From contig AP026143.1 in assembly GCA_030295235.1 (NCBI GenBank), forward strand, positions 620,001 through 684,000: a DNA stretch of 64,000 nucleotides, in the 5' to 3' direction. Below, one piece after another: positions 36,713 through 49,950 of the stretch (its first letter is position 1; each line of letters begins with the position of its first letter). The notes below the pieces were generated by a model. That model did no database searches and had not been told where the DNA came from. It saw nothing but the letters and a program-made list of their open reading frames with translations. The position numbers and the translations under genes are program-made. This stretch comes from Fistulifera solaris. Its lineage: Eukaryota.

Positions 36713-37575
36713 GGCGTTGATTGTCATGTAATGTATATATTGTTTGCCCTTCTTTTCATTGCAATAGGAAGAAGAGGGCGGAGGAAAAAGGTTCATCGTC
36801 GCTGCGATGATGATGTGGTCGTTGTCGTTGTTGGGATTTGGGATTGACGCACGTTGAAGATGTACTTCTGCGTCACTGATTGCGACATTGTAAAATGCCA
36901 CGTCAACTTTCTACTCTTCTTTATAGACTCAGACAAGTTTTGGAGTGAATCTGGGATTCTATGGAATAACCTGTACCTTCCACCATCGACGTGAAACAAG
37001 CGAACATCTGGTTTTCTTTTGACAGCTAGGGTGCCTTTGCTAAGCAAAAGGATAATGTTAATGAGTTAATGAGGTCAGCAGTTATAGACTAGCTCTTTGA
37101 ATGAGGTGACAATTTCAACTCATGATTTAGATTTAAATTCAGTCGTGGTCTCCTGAAACCAACACTTTGGGTCCATAGTAAAATACGCAGATACCGTTTC
37201 GCAAGGACATGCAAGGATCTCCGACGTAAAGTATCAAGCAGTGTAATGCAAACGCTGCTCAAGACTATTGCATTACAACAAAGACAAAGGGAGCTCCAAA
37301 GAATTATGGCGAACGAACGAGATGTGGATTGCAATGTCGCTCGAACGACTATTGATTCATGACTCATGACTGAAGTGCAGTCGTGGATAAGTTGATTTTC
37401 ACACTTTGGACTTCTTTACAGTTTATAGTAGAATCAGTTGTTCTTATTTCGAGGCAGACGGAAATTCTGAGCTGTTGTGTTTTGTTCAATGAGCTACGCT
37501 CCTTTTCTTCGCACTCTAGATATTCGTGCAACACTTGTTACAATGAAAATGATACTTTTGTTAAACTTTACATGC

Positions 37576-40535
37576 TTATACCAATTGTTGCCGATTGTCG
37601 TCTGGTTGTGGTGTTTGGACGGATACGTCAAAGACTCCTCCTCCACCACGACGTGGTCCGGGAGATGGTTTCACTTCGCTGGCTCGGGAGCGGGATCGCG
37701 ACCGTGTCGATCGTTCGGGTTGCACTTGAACTTGCCGTAAGGCAGAATTAGAACGACCTCGGCTGCCTTTCGAACCAGCGGATTTGCTTCTTTGCCTTCG
37801 GCTCGAGGATCGGGTCGATTTGGCCTTCGACCGACGACTAGATACTTCCGGGAGCATGCTTTCGTCGAGTCCCCGACCATTGACCTTTCTACGTTTCTTT
37901 TTGCGCTTGCGAGTCAGGTCGCGGAAGAAGAATGACATGTAACTTTCGTTGCGACGTCTCTTCTTTCGGGCGCGGGCGAGGAATATGGATACGGAAAGTG
38001 TCACCGCCATGAACATAACAAGCATCACCGACACCTGACCCACAGCTCCAAGAGCGTCCCAAGCCACAGCGGATGGTTTGGGTTTGTAACGCTTTCGAAC
38101 GCATTTATCCAAAAAGAAATTGTGTGGGTCATCGCAACCTCCTTTCCATGTAGGGGCCGGAGAATAGGTTGGAGGCATAGAACCTCCGTTGTACTCAACC
38201 CAAGCACCTCCCAAATCGGGTTGGAAGACCTCATACACATCGAGTCGATTCAAAAAGAGCGCCAAGCATCCTCCGTTTTTGCAAAATTTGCTTGTGCCCA
38301 CTGCAACTCCCGACGGATACATGGAACGCCAGTAATCGACATAGTTGTTGCAGCGCGTCAGATACGCAGCGGCCGCTTCTTCATTGGCGAAACGAGGGGA
38401 GTAAGCGAGAGTCATTTGAGGGCAGAAACCACCGGTTCCTGATCCGTCGGGTCCGCAACCATAACTAGCACGATCTCCGGCAGAGTGCATGGCACAATTC
38501 GAATACACGCCGATGCTGTTTTTCGGGGAAGCATAGTTCCAGGTGATACCGAGTTGCTTACACAAGTTGTCGTACAGATAGGCTAGAGCAGATGTTGTGT
38601 CGGCTTCAAACTGCAGTTTGGCATGACCGTCATCATCAATAAAGACAAATGCAGGTTTGATGTAAAGTGTACCGAAATCAATATTCTTCAGAACTTTGAT
38701 CAAATCACCAAGCGCCATTCCGCCCTGTAGCAACACAAATTAGTATCCCGACAATCGTTAGCGTTCCTACAACGTGCATACCCTTTTTACGTACCATATT
38801 CGGATTGGTGGTTCCCGTGTAGAAAATGGGAATGTGCGCCGTATCCTTGTCCACAATAGACCCCACGGCATTTCCCAATTCTTCTCCAATCAACCAACCG
38901 TGATTTGTACCAAAGGACGTGACGTAGGTTCCATTTCGATCTACCAGATACTCAAAATCGAACTGATCTTGAAACGTCGAACTACTCTGCAGCTTGGAAC
39001 CACTGGTTCGAGAAAGTGGAATACCCACGAACGTTTCACCTTCTTGTTTGCAGTTCGGGGGAAGTTCCCATCCGTCCGTCATGTCGTGCTTCGCCGACAT
39101 TTGATTCCATGAATAAGGGTTCCATTCCCAATTTCCTCCGTTGTTGTCGTGTGATCCAGCGTAATTGAAGTTGATACTGGTCACCGACGAGTAGTACGAA
39201 GCCGAATAACCACTCGAGTACAGTGTGGCATATTTTGACTCGGTGCTCGTCAACTCGCGATACGGTGCAAAAGCTTTCGTAATATTCGCGCGATCAAAGA
39301 AGAAGTACAAGTTTCCATATCCTACTTTTTGTTTGGTTCCACCACGCCCCGGAGGAAACGCCGCATAGCCGCTCGATCCGATGGGCACTCCGTTCGGGTA
39401 CATGGCTTGCCACACGGCGACTTCCAAGTTGGCGGCATACGCATACTGCGATTGGTGATATGACGACCAGAATTTAATACCACGAGCCATGGACACGTGT
39501 GGATCTGTGTCATGATCATCCATACAAGGTCCTCCTCCGACGTTGTACATGGCAGTGAACAGATCATCCAAAAACGATTCGTACGCCGAATAGGAATTAT
39601 CATCCTCGTACGTTTCCACCACCGAAACAACAAGAGTAACATCGCCCGAAGGAACACCACCACCATTCTTATCACCGGAATGGTGACCGCCACCTCCTTT
39701 GAGTTTCTCGGGGTAAATACTAAAGGGGGCAAATGAGACCGTGCTCATGGCTTTGTAAACTTGCTCAATCGATGTACCACCGGCATCGGGATCCAAACTA
39801 CCGACTCGAAGCAATTCTGTGTGTGATGAATCGATGTAGCTGCAAAAGCGTAGGACGTGTGAGTCGAATCGTGAAATAGAGATGAGACCGAGAAGCACAC
39901 GACACTTACGGCATTTTTCCAGAGTAATCAAATTGTTTGTAACCTCCACCCACGAGCCAGCCGTCTTCATCCATACTCATAATGTACTCATAATCACGAT
40001 CAATAATATTTTCCATAGGAAACTGATCGCAGAGTTGATACGAATACGGATTGCCGTTGGCCGTATTGACGGAAAACGAAATTCCGATGAAGGACAAGCC
40101 TTTTTGTTCGCAATCTCCGTCTCCACTGTCGTGCGAAGGCGTTTCTCCCGACGAACAGTCGCGTCCGTAGACGTAGCAAAGTTTCGATGCGCTGTATTTT
40201 TGATAATTGTAGCAGCAGCCGGAAAGTTGACTACTCAATTCGCGGTCGTCCTGATTCGTTGTCGACAGGGGCATTTGCCACGGAGCCGGCTTCGAGACGG
40301 CTTTCGGGGAGTTTTTGTTCAGTTTCTTCTTTTGATAATCTTCTAAAACTTGCGCTTCGAGATCTCCTCTCGTGGATCGGTACGCATGCCCTTCCAAGGG
40401 CCTGCCGTTGTCATGATAATGCGATATTTTTCCATTCTCTTGTCGATGTTTCACCAATCGCGATCGATCGGGCATTTTGGCCTGCACAATCGCCGCTATC
40501 CAAGTAGCCGCAGCGGCTAATTTCATTTTCGTCAT
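37576..40535 (-). CDS. Type I membrane protein (~939 aa) with duplicated ectodomain; introns 39840-39909 and 38725-38794
   Basis: Both 70-bp GT-AG introns restore a single frame. Signal peptide, DDRELSS (RXL), two homologous modules, PPTYSPAPT linker, TM helix, R/K/S-rich tail. Confidence 0.85.
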
Positions 40536-41129
40536 TGCCTCTTAATTTCAGTATTTTATGAAGGAATTAACGCTGTACGGTCATGGATTTGCACATCAGA
40601 GAGAGGGATGATGGTTGTTTCGTAATAACAACGCAAGGACAGAGTGAGAAGCGCATTCGTTTTCGAGCCAGCCGACAAAAGCCCGTTGTCTTTCAACTTC
40701 CTAACCGTCTCTACACTCAAATGCAAGCGGGGCACTCCCGTTTGTCGATTACTTAGATGAATTGGATCAAACCCAGAGTACTTTACAAAGTAGGCTCGAG
40801 ATGGGGAGTACTACGTCGTAATTTATTTAATCAGACATTTTTTTGATTTGTACATTCTTTGCCATATTCATTTCCGTTCGAAATGATTTTGTCACTCGTT
40901 TGGCAACTGGCGATCGCTGTCCTATGTCCATATGAGAAGTCCTCTTACCGAGACTGATTGTATAGGTAAAATATCTCCGTTGAACGTTAAATCCGTTGGA
41001 AAAATCCTCGACTGTCCGTGTCGGTGTCGCGGGTCGCGGCCGGCAACCGCCATGGCAAATGCAGGACCTTTCATGGAATTCAAAAGAAAAGACTTTGATC
41101 ATATTTTAAGCCCGTATCTCGCAACCGCA

Positions 41130-41815
41130 GTACTAATGAAAGCGAGTGCTATTGAAGCCGACAACATGCAAAATGAGCGATATTAAAATGCTTGTAATGT
41201 CTTCGCACCCACGTAGGCCTCCGTAAGGAATTATTTATCGACAGAGGGGAACCCGGATAAGGAAGAAATTTGGATGCACCCTTCTTGGGGTTTCATTTTC
41301 ATTGGCTACGTACACATGGGTTCTGGACCTTCCACAGAATTTCTGTCTGATGAGATTTCGATTTCCAGATTTTCTGGAATTTGCACAGAAACGCTGTTTG
41401 ATGAAAATTACCACGTCCAGACTTTCTGGAAACAACACCGAAGATCGGTATGATCCAAAGCAACGGGACCATAGAGTTCCTTGAACGTGCACATGTTTTC
41501 TGTGAAGAATGGATTGGACGATGGAGAAAAACACAATATTCGGGTAACCCTGCAGAGATAAATTTCCCACGGCGGGTACGTAAACAACGCGTAGACATTC
41601 GAAGCGTTGTATCTGCACCCTTGTTGGTGTTTCATTGGCAATGCTAGCAATGATTACACACCCTACAGTGTTGTTACATTTCATAAAACTATAAACGCGT
41701 GCTTTTAAAGCCGAAAGATGCAAGAAGAGCGATAATGGAGCGCTTGTAATGTCTACACGTAGAACCTACGTAGGCCTCCGTAAGGAAATTTACCGACAGA
41801 GGGGAATCCGGGCAT
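41130..41815. repeat. Composite repeat block: two direct and one inverted copy of the dispersed motif plus a satellite-related segment
   Basis: Motif at 41210 and 41767; degenerate inverted copy at ~41538-41608; 41321-41420 resembles the 32.4-kb satellite unit; 41625-41805 is homologous to 16170-16352. Confidence 0.8.
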
Positions 41816-41975
41816 ACTCGCTTTCTGGCACCGCGATCGTCTCGTCCGCCGCATTATTTCCATGTGTTACGGTATAATAACGCAGCAAAGGGGTCGCATG
41901 CAAAGTTACAAAAAACCCATCATACGGCAGGTTGTAGCTCATTGTAAGTTAAAGCAAATAAGATTAGCCTGAAAA

Positions 41976-43871
41976 ATGCCCAAACGAGCCAAACCGGGAG
42001 ATGAGGAAGACGCAACGTCGAAAAAGCGAAAGTCTCTTCGTGAAGACGCAACCGCCGCGAGTGATGAAGTTAGCGCTCCTCCGAAAAAGAAACGAAAAGA
42101 ATCAAATAATAGTAAGAATGAGGAAACGATAGTTTCAAAAAGACGAGATCGACGCCATCCCGTAGTGCGGTCAAACGGAGCCAAGCGGCTCCTTCTCCTG
42201 TCGTGGAAAACGTTGTCCCGACCGATGATTCGGTCACGGTGACCAAGACCATTCGATCGCTTCGCGTCGAAAATCTCAAAATTCCTTCTCATCAAACACC
42301 GGGAAAGCATCCAGTCAAAGCCGTCGATCAATTTATGGAAACGGAAACAAAAATCACCCGACCGCCGCGGATGCGACTCCAGCTCGGTGATGAAAAGACC
42401 GTCGTCGAAGAAACGAAAATAGAAGAGATTCGAACAGAAGAAACCAGGGAAGAAACAACAATGGAAGATAACAAACAGGTTCCGGAGAAGAGAGAAGAAA
42501 CGACCAAGACAGCGGAACCCATTGGGACGAATCATCGCAACTTGTGGATGTGGGGGATGACGGCATTGCACTTGCTTGCGATATATTACTGCGGGCCCAT
42601 TTCGAATTGCACTTTGGCTTTTTACAAGTCGTTGTTAGGCGTGCCATCGAGAGTGACGGTGCGGGAGATTTCCCCTTTAGAAGTGGAGGCTACCGAGCGC
42701 TTAAACACGCAGATACAACTTCTGGAATTTAATATGGCTCGATTGAAGAAAGGACGTGATGCACTATTTGCAGATCTTCCTGGTCATCAGCAATTAGTTG
42801 CTCGACTGTCCGAGCTGACTGAATTGGCCAATGTACCCTGGGCGGATCGTCTTGAAGAGTCCATCCGATCGGTTGAAAACCTCATTGCCGAAGATCCGAC
42901 CTTGTCAACGTCGACGGTTTTTTCGATCCGAGAGCTTTTAGGTGAAGAAGCTTCTGAATACCTGCTGGATTTGAGAAACATCAAGTTGTGGAACATTAGC
43001 ACCAATGTAACTGACTGCGGTAAACGGGAGTCTCTTACTGAAGGTCGTGTCCTGGATGCACAACGACAGCTATTGCTTGACTTGCAAGAAGAGACATCCA
43101 AATTAGTGAACGATGAAAAGGTCGAGAATGCCGTTATTGAATGGATTCTTCAGGATACCGCCGAACGCTTTGCGGGGCCCATCGAAGTTTCAAGCGCTTC
43201 GAACAAACCGCGAGGTTCCAATCTGGATTCGATTCGCAAAGCCATTCAATCGCGTATGGACGTGGTAGCGGCCGACCTTACGGGGAAGGTAGACTATGCA
43301 GCTATTTCTTCTGGTGGAGTTATCATCAAGACAGGGAAATACGCTACAACCTCTTCCATTGTGGACACATTGCCGTACGGCAATCGCTTGTTGCACATGC
43401 TGCGGTTACGGTTCTATGGTTACGGCCCCGAAGCGGCCATCATGCCAACCTATCCATTCGATCCATCCCAAGCTTTGGGAAATTGCTGGGCCTTTGTCGC
43501 AACACCTAGTGAATTAGGGAAATACGCGGTTTTCTCTGTCAGTCTAGCCAATCCGATCTATGCCACGCAAGTCGCCATTGAGCATCCACCCCGTGAGGTG
43601 AATGATCGCGCCAAAGCCGCCATTCGATCCTTTCGAGTGGTTGGCTTTGAAACTGCCGATGCCACTGGGAAAGCCTGGGACATGGGACAGTTTGAATACC
43701 GACTAGGGGATGATTATCTCCAAGTATTTGATTTGGAGGAAGAAATGGGAGATGCTGATATACCGGCGATCCAATCACTTAGCTTGCTAATCGATTCCAA
43801 CTGGGGTTTGGGATACTCTTGTCTGTACCGACTTCGGAGTCCACGGTCACAATGTAGGAAACGAGTCATAA
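41976..43871 (+). CDS. SUN-domain nuclear-envelope protein (frameshifts near 42170-42200 and 43838)
   Basis: Basic NLS-like N-terminus, TM helix, coiled coil, VDYAAISSGG, LGNCWAF, VAIEHPP, SNWG..YSCLYR-LR-VHG (last part in shifted frame, stop 43869-43871). Confidence 0.9.
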
Positions 43872-44322
43872 GAAGTCATGGTTAATGACAAAATATAGAA
43901 GGAAAACTTGAAGTTTGAACAACGTCTCATAGGCCTTCACAGGCGGCGGGATGAAAACGATTTGGTGCCATTTAGAGGTTAGTTTAACACTCTCCTCACG
44001 TCACTTCACAAATCATTTGGTTAAATTTTAAGGATTTGTGGCTATGGATAGAATGTGGTTAAATGTTATATTCCTTATGAAATAGTCTAAGAAAGGATCT
44101 TCACCTTAGCGAAGTACCAGCACCCTTTTTCTCCGTCTGTCCCTCAACCTACTTTGTACACAGAGCTCTGTTAGTATAAGCGTTAGAGTACTTCGTAGTG
44201 CGGTCACGCACGTTTCTGTTGTTGCGAGAAAACAAATTTTTGCCGCGATTTTTCGAGAGGAAGAAAAAGTCCTAAGGATGCACACTTTCATTATAATAAC
44301 AACAAATGTTCACACGGTTACC

Positions 44323-46234
44323 ATGACAATATCATTGATACGGCACGTTTGTCGAAGAGCGTTTGTGAGACCGCCCGTCCGGTTACTTTCATCGGTACCA
44401 TTGCGGCCGCCCGAGGAGCCTCAGCTTCCCATTCAACTCAGTCAACAAGATGTGCAGAAAGAAGAAAGCAATCGCCAGAGACTGCGGGATGTGAGTATCG
44501 GGATGTCGTAGTTCTCTTGTCTTTATGATCACTTCGTCTCATTGAGCTTTTGCAAACAGGTAAAAATAGCGGATGTTTTAAAAGCAAAGCACTCGTACCG
44601 TTGGGTGCACCCGGTGATACCACAGAATGCACCCGTGCAGCAAGCCATTGAAACGGCCATCGAAGGCGGTCTGAGTGCTATGATGGTTCTTCAAGAGGAT
44701 AAACAACACGTGGTGGGTCTCATCACGTCTCGCGATTTGCTTCGTATCCTAGCTAGTGGATTTAAGGAAGGAAGAGACCCAGCCGATCTGTTAGCTTCAC
44801 CCGTCGTAGATTACATGACACCGATCTCGCAAGTGATTTACGCTCGTCCCGAGGAAACAGTAGGAATGTGTCGAACTCTCATGGCTAAATTGGGCATCAA
44901 ATGTTTACCGATTCTGAGTAGTAAAGGTCAAGTTGAAGGCTTGATTACAGCACGAGATATGAGTGATTACGGATTGAGTGCCAAGGAAAAAGGAGGAAAA
45001 GAAGCGTATTTGAAAGACGTCAGCGAACGCGTTGGACTAAGCAGTAACACCAGTATGGCAGAACCACCGGCGTTTATGAGAGCCCACTTGGGCATGGAAC
45101 GGTCACCACTCTTTGTCAACATTGGTTCTGCTACACTGCCCCATCCGTTCAAGGGAGGGAAAGGAGGTAAGTCACGAAGGTATTTCTGTCGCTCAATGCA
45201 ATATCACCAACCGAGTCGCCTGATACATACGCTCTGTTGTAGAACTTTGCAATGATCCGGATCTGTCAGAAGATGCCAGTTTTGTTACAACTGTACGATT
45301 GGCGGATTCCAAAGAAAAGACTCTGCAACGGTTCACGTATTTCGGTGTCGCCGATGGTGTGGGGAGTTGGAGAGAATACGGCGTTGATCCACGACTTTTT
45401 TCACGCAGACTTATGATGGAATGTTCAAACATTTTAGAAGAAGCTTGTCAGAATGGCCGTGAAGAAGCGCTTCAGTTTCGACAAGTTGTATCTCCGGCTA
45501 CCGTTATGGCACAAGCATATGACCGCGTCAAGGCGGATAATATCATCGGATCGAGTACTGCGTGCATCGCATTGTTTGATAGCTTGAGGCACCAGCTACA
45601 TTTCAGTAATTTGGGTGACTGCGGAATAATTGTGCTTCGACATATCGACTCAGATGTAGCCGGAAGTTTAAAGAGGGACAAAACACCACGCGCTGAGCGG
45701 ACTTCTGATTTGCGAGTCGCCTTTGTCAGTCAACAACAGCTGAAATCATTTAACCATCCATATCAATTGGGCTGGACTGGAGAGGCATTGAAGGAAGGCG
45801 AATCGAGTTCCTTCAAGATGCCCAATGAATCTTGCACATCATCCATTCACTTACGCCGCGGTGATATTATAATTATGGCAACAGATGGATTGTTCGATAA
45901 TGTTGAAATTGATGATATTTGCAGCATGGCATTGGAATGGGAGCAAAAACATGGGTTCATGCGGGGTGGTGATATTGCGGCCCGTGAGCGACGTTGGAGT
46001 ATGGGCAATTCACTGGCTCACATTTCCTACGACACAGTACAGGAGCTAGCCGAAGCCCTTTGCACGAGAGCACGTGAGAACTCTCTCCTGAAGCATGTGG
46101 ATAGTCCATTTGCCATTTTGGCGAAGGAAAACGATATAATGTGGAGTGGAGGGATGCCCGACGATTGTGCAGTTCACGTTGTTCATGTCGTCGGTCGTGA
46201 TCCCAATGATATCATGGACGCACCGAACAAATAA
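44323..46234 (+). CDS. CBS-pair + PP2C (PTC7-like) protein phosphatase; introns 44491-44559 and 45167-45242
   Basis: Splicing both GT-AG introns gives one frame. CBS: VVGLITSRD, VEGLITARD. PP2C: LPHP..EDA, GVADGVGSW, NLGDCG, FNHPYQL, MATDGLFDN, GGMPDD. Arg-rich mitochondrial-type N-terminus. Confidence 0.88.
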
Positions 46235-46492
46235 AACGGCCGCGACATCCCCGTAACGATCTGGCCTTCATTTTTGTTTAACTTCTATGTTAATCTCGTC
46301 ATGCTTTACTTCTCGGTTTGACGTGCTAAATCAATGCTTTGTGTCTTCTTGAAGCGTGACATCTCTTTGATTCTATGAAATTACATGCATATACGAAACA
46401 CGAATGTCTGTGCATTGTACTTTGTAAACTAGAGGATGATCAACATTTAATTTTCTAATCTTACGCTTCTCCATAGCCAACAAGAATGGTAA

Positions 46493-47801
46493 TTACCAGA
46501 ACCCACCCTTGCTTTCTCCTTTCTTTTCTCGCAGAGCTCGTAACTCTTCCAGCAGTTTTTCTTCTTCCTTGCTCAAATCCTTGGGTAACTCGACTTCCAT
46601 GGTAACATAGTGATCTCCTCGTACTTCAGGGTTGCCCAACCGGGGAGCGCCGTTGCCCTTCAAGCGCATAACTTGACCCGGTTGTGTTCCTGCTGGCACT
46701 TTAATCGTGACTTCCCCGTCAACGACGGGGCATTTGATGGATGCTCCGAGAATGGCATCAAGGTAGCTGATCTTGGCTTCCGAATAAATTTCGGGGCCTT
46801 CGCGACGGAACACCGGATCATCCTTGACTTTGAGGAAAATGTATAGGTCACCCGCGGGGCCGCCATTCGGTCCAGCATCTCCTTCGCCTCGTACACGTAG
46901 TTTGTTGCCATTTTCGACACCCGGAGGCACCGTGACCTTGATTTGCTTGGTCTTTTGATTCAATCCTTGGCCTCCACAAGAGCCACAGTATTCTTCCACG
47001 CGCTGTCCGGTTCCACGGCAGGTTGGACAAGTTTGCTGAGTTTGAAAGTTACCCAGCGGGGTACGTGTCACTTGCATAGTGACTCCAGAACCGTTGCATG
47101 TGTTGCATGTACTGATTTTGGCACCCGGCTTGACACCATTTCCTCCGCACGTGTCGCACGTTTCCAAGTGTCGGATTTTCACTTTTGTTCTCCACCAAAT
47201 ACAGCCGTCTTAAAGTCAATCTCGAGATCAAAACGCAAGTCATCTCCAATCACGGGACCTCGTTGACGAGCTGTGCGGCGTCCTCCTCCAAAACCAGAAG
47301 CACCGCCGCCACCAAAGAAGGTATCAAAATGTCACCCAAATCCACTTCTTGAGTGAAACCTCCTCCACCAAAAGGAGATCCAGCCGTTGAATCTGAGGCA
47401 GCAGAAGTACCGATTCCTTGTTCTCCAAACATATCATATTTCTGCTTGAGATTGGGATCCGTCAAAACTTCATACGCTCGATTGATTTCTTGAAATTTTT
47501 CCGTAGTGTCTTGACCCGGATTGGCATCGGGATGGTATTGTTTCGCTAACTTACGGTATGCCTGTTTAATCTGTGCAGCATCCGCATTCCGACTAACTCC
47601 CAAAATAGCATAAAAGTCTCGATTGTTTGTTGAGTTGCGATTGCGTGTAGAAAACAAGCGAGTCGTTGAAGTAGTACTTGGAGCATGATGAGTGTACGGT
47701 TCTTGCGGAACGACGCCTTTTCTCAGATGCAAAGGCGTAACGAAAGCGTCACAAGCTATACTACTTGTCAACAGAATCGTCAATGCAAGTTTCGAAAACA
47801 T
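46493..47801 (-). CDS. dnaJ: Type I DnaJ/Hsp40 chaperone, plastid-targeted (frameshifts near 47190-47325)
   Basis: J domain with HPD, G/F region, four CxxCxGxG repeats, C-terminal domain; signal peptide ending CDA-FV. Confidence 0.93.
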
Positions 47802-48217
47802 TCTTATTCTTTAAATAGCAATTGAACGAAGGAATAGGAGCGACGATAAGCGAGAAAGAGAAAGAATGAAGACGACGACGATGATGATGCGAGAGGAGAG
47901 CGATGTTTGCATGGTCGAGAGGAAAGAAATTCCGCTCGCAGAACTGGTACTAATAAGTTGTATACTTACTACGCATGGCGCACCCGGCGTGCCGGCGTGC
48001 TGATGGAAGGACGCGTGGAAGTTACGTCAGCCCTCTATGAAGTCACGAATGGTAGTGACTGATGACTCAGTCGTGCAATGAACAAGGCAATGAACTAACG
48101 CGTTATGCAAAAATATGAAAGACTATTTCTGGGCAATTACTCAATTAAACTCATTTTTTAATCTAGTAAGCCTAAGTGCTGTCAATACTTGTTTATGTAT
48201 TTGGGTAGACGCATTTA

Positions 48218-49517
48218 TCAATCTTCCTGCGCCAGGATATCATCAATGGCTTCCGGAAGTCGCGTCAGAAACGAGATTTTAGCATTCACAAACTCCCTGG
48301 CGGCTTCGTTCATGACGAAACGCTTTTTCAACTCTTCCTTGGTAGTTACTGACCAGGAAGGCTGCTCTTTCGTATCATCGAATCGGTGTCGTGCCGTTTG
48401 GCCGTACTTGTCTGCCAACTCGACCAGAATTGTTTTCGCGCCACACGAAGCCGCACCGCCGACATCATACGCCAAATCATCTCCTACATGAATCCATACT
48501 TTGTTTGGATCTTCATCGGCACCCTTCTTTAAAGCAGCATTCGCCGACGCCAATTCCTGATATTTGTCCAAGGCCGCTTTGTAAATCCATTTCAATTCCG
48601 CATTACCCTCCACATTGGCCAATTCCTTGAAAAATTTGCGTCGCGCTCCCTGATCATCCTCCCAAGATACACAAAAATCGAAATGCTTGGCCAAAGTAAA
48701 CGTCATAAAGGCAGGATTCGCTTTGCCATCGGTCACGGCACCAATAATGACACCCGGGTGTTCCTTTTTAATTTGACTCAATACATCCATCACCTCCTGG
48801 TACAAATGACGTTCCGCCGCATGATGACGTTCCATTTCCCAAGCATTCATGACGGCCTGTACGATGGAAGGAGAGACGGCTTCACTGGCCCATCTGTATT
48901 GTAAAAAAAGAGTGAGAGGCAACGCGCAGGGGTATATTATTAACACAAAATAGTAAGGGGAGTAATGAGAACTGTTCTTCACAGGAACCGTTACACCACA
49001 CACATATATATGATGCACTCACTTTTTCGCATGACTCACTACGACGGGCGAGAGCGACGACACGGGCGTCGCCCAATCGTCCGCCGTATCTTTCAACTTC
49101 TTGTGAAAAATCACATTCTCCATTTCTCGCCGAATCGCTAATAGTCGAATTTCCGTATGACTGAGCGCAGCCGCCGCTTCGGGATTCTCTGCCGTCATTT
49201 CCTCGCGTATTTTTTTTGGATGTCTCGACAATATCTTGGGGCTGAATGCCCGTGAACCCATAATTGTTCATGGCTCGCGCAAATGCGGTGTTGGCTTCTT
49301 GAATGACGGTATCAATCGGATATAAAGTATCGTCTAAATCAAATGTCAGAAGACCGAGTGTTTTGGTTTTCGGAGTCGACGTGCTGCTGGCTTTGGTTTC
49401 CGAGGAACTGGTGGAGGCTTGTAAGGGAGATGCGACTCTCACGCGTCCGGCGGTTCCTGGAGTTTGAAATCCTTCCACGGCGACTAGTAAAGCGAGTACT
49501 ACGGATAGTCTTGTCAT
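48218..49517 (-). CDS. HAD-superfamily hydrolase, probably plastid-targeted; intron 48894-49022; frameshift near 49212
   Basis: Motif I TFDLDDTLY, AVTDG, motif IV HVGDDLAYDVGGA..CG; signal peptide ending VEG-FQ. Confidence 0.88.
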
Positions 49518-49950
49518 GGTTATTGAGTTGTATTAAATTCTGTTGAAATGCAATGATAATGAGAGGTATGTTCGTGTCAACAAGAATCATTCGTTTTTGC
49601 TTGTTGTTGACAGTGATGTCGTTTTTTTCTCTCTGCGCCGCGAAAAAGGACTTCCGGTCTGTGACGTCTATGGTGTCGAAGAACGGACGACTGACGGGCG
49701 GGAAAGTGCAATCGCCAGCTACAGTAAGGTTGAGGTATTGAGAGAATGGAGAAAAAAGTAATCTTCACTTTGGGTGTATAGTAAATACGAAACGAAAACG
49801 ATGCGAAGTAATTTTCAACGCAGACCATTGGGCGTAGGACTTAATTGCTTTTAATAATGGCTTATTAGAACGATGGTGTTATGGGGGTGAGTGTTAAGGA
49901 TGGCATGGGTGCAAAAGAAGGCCGAACACTGACATGGTCAAAATTAACCA

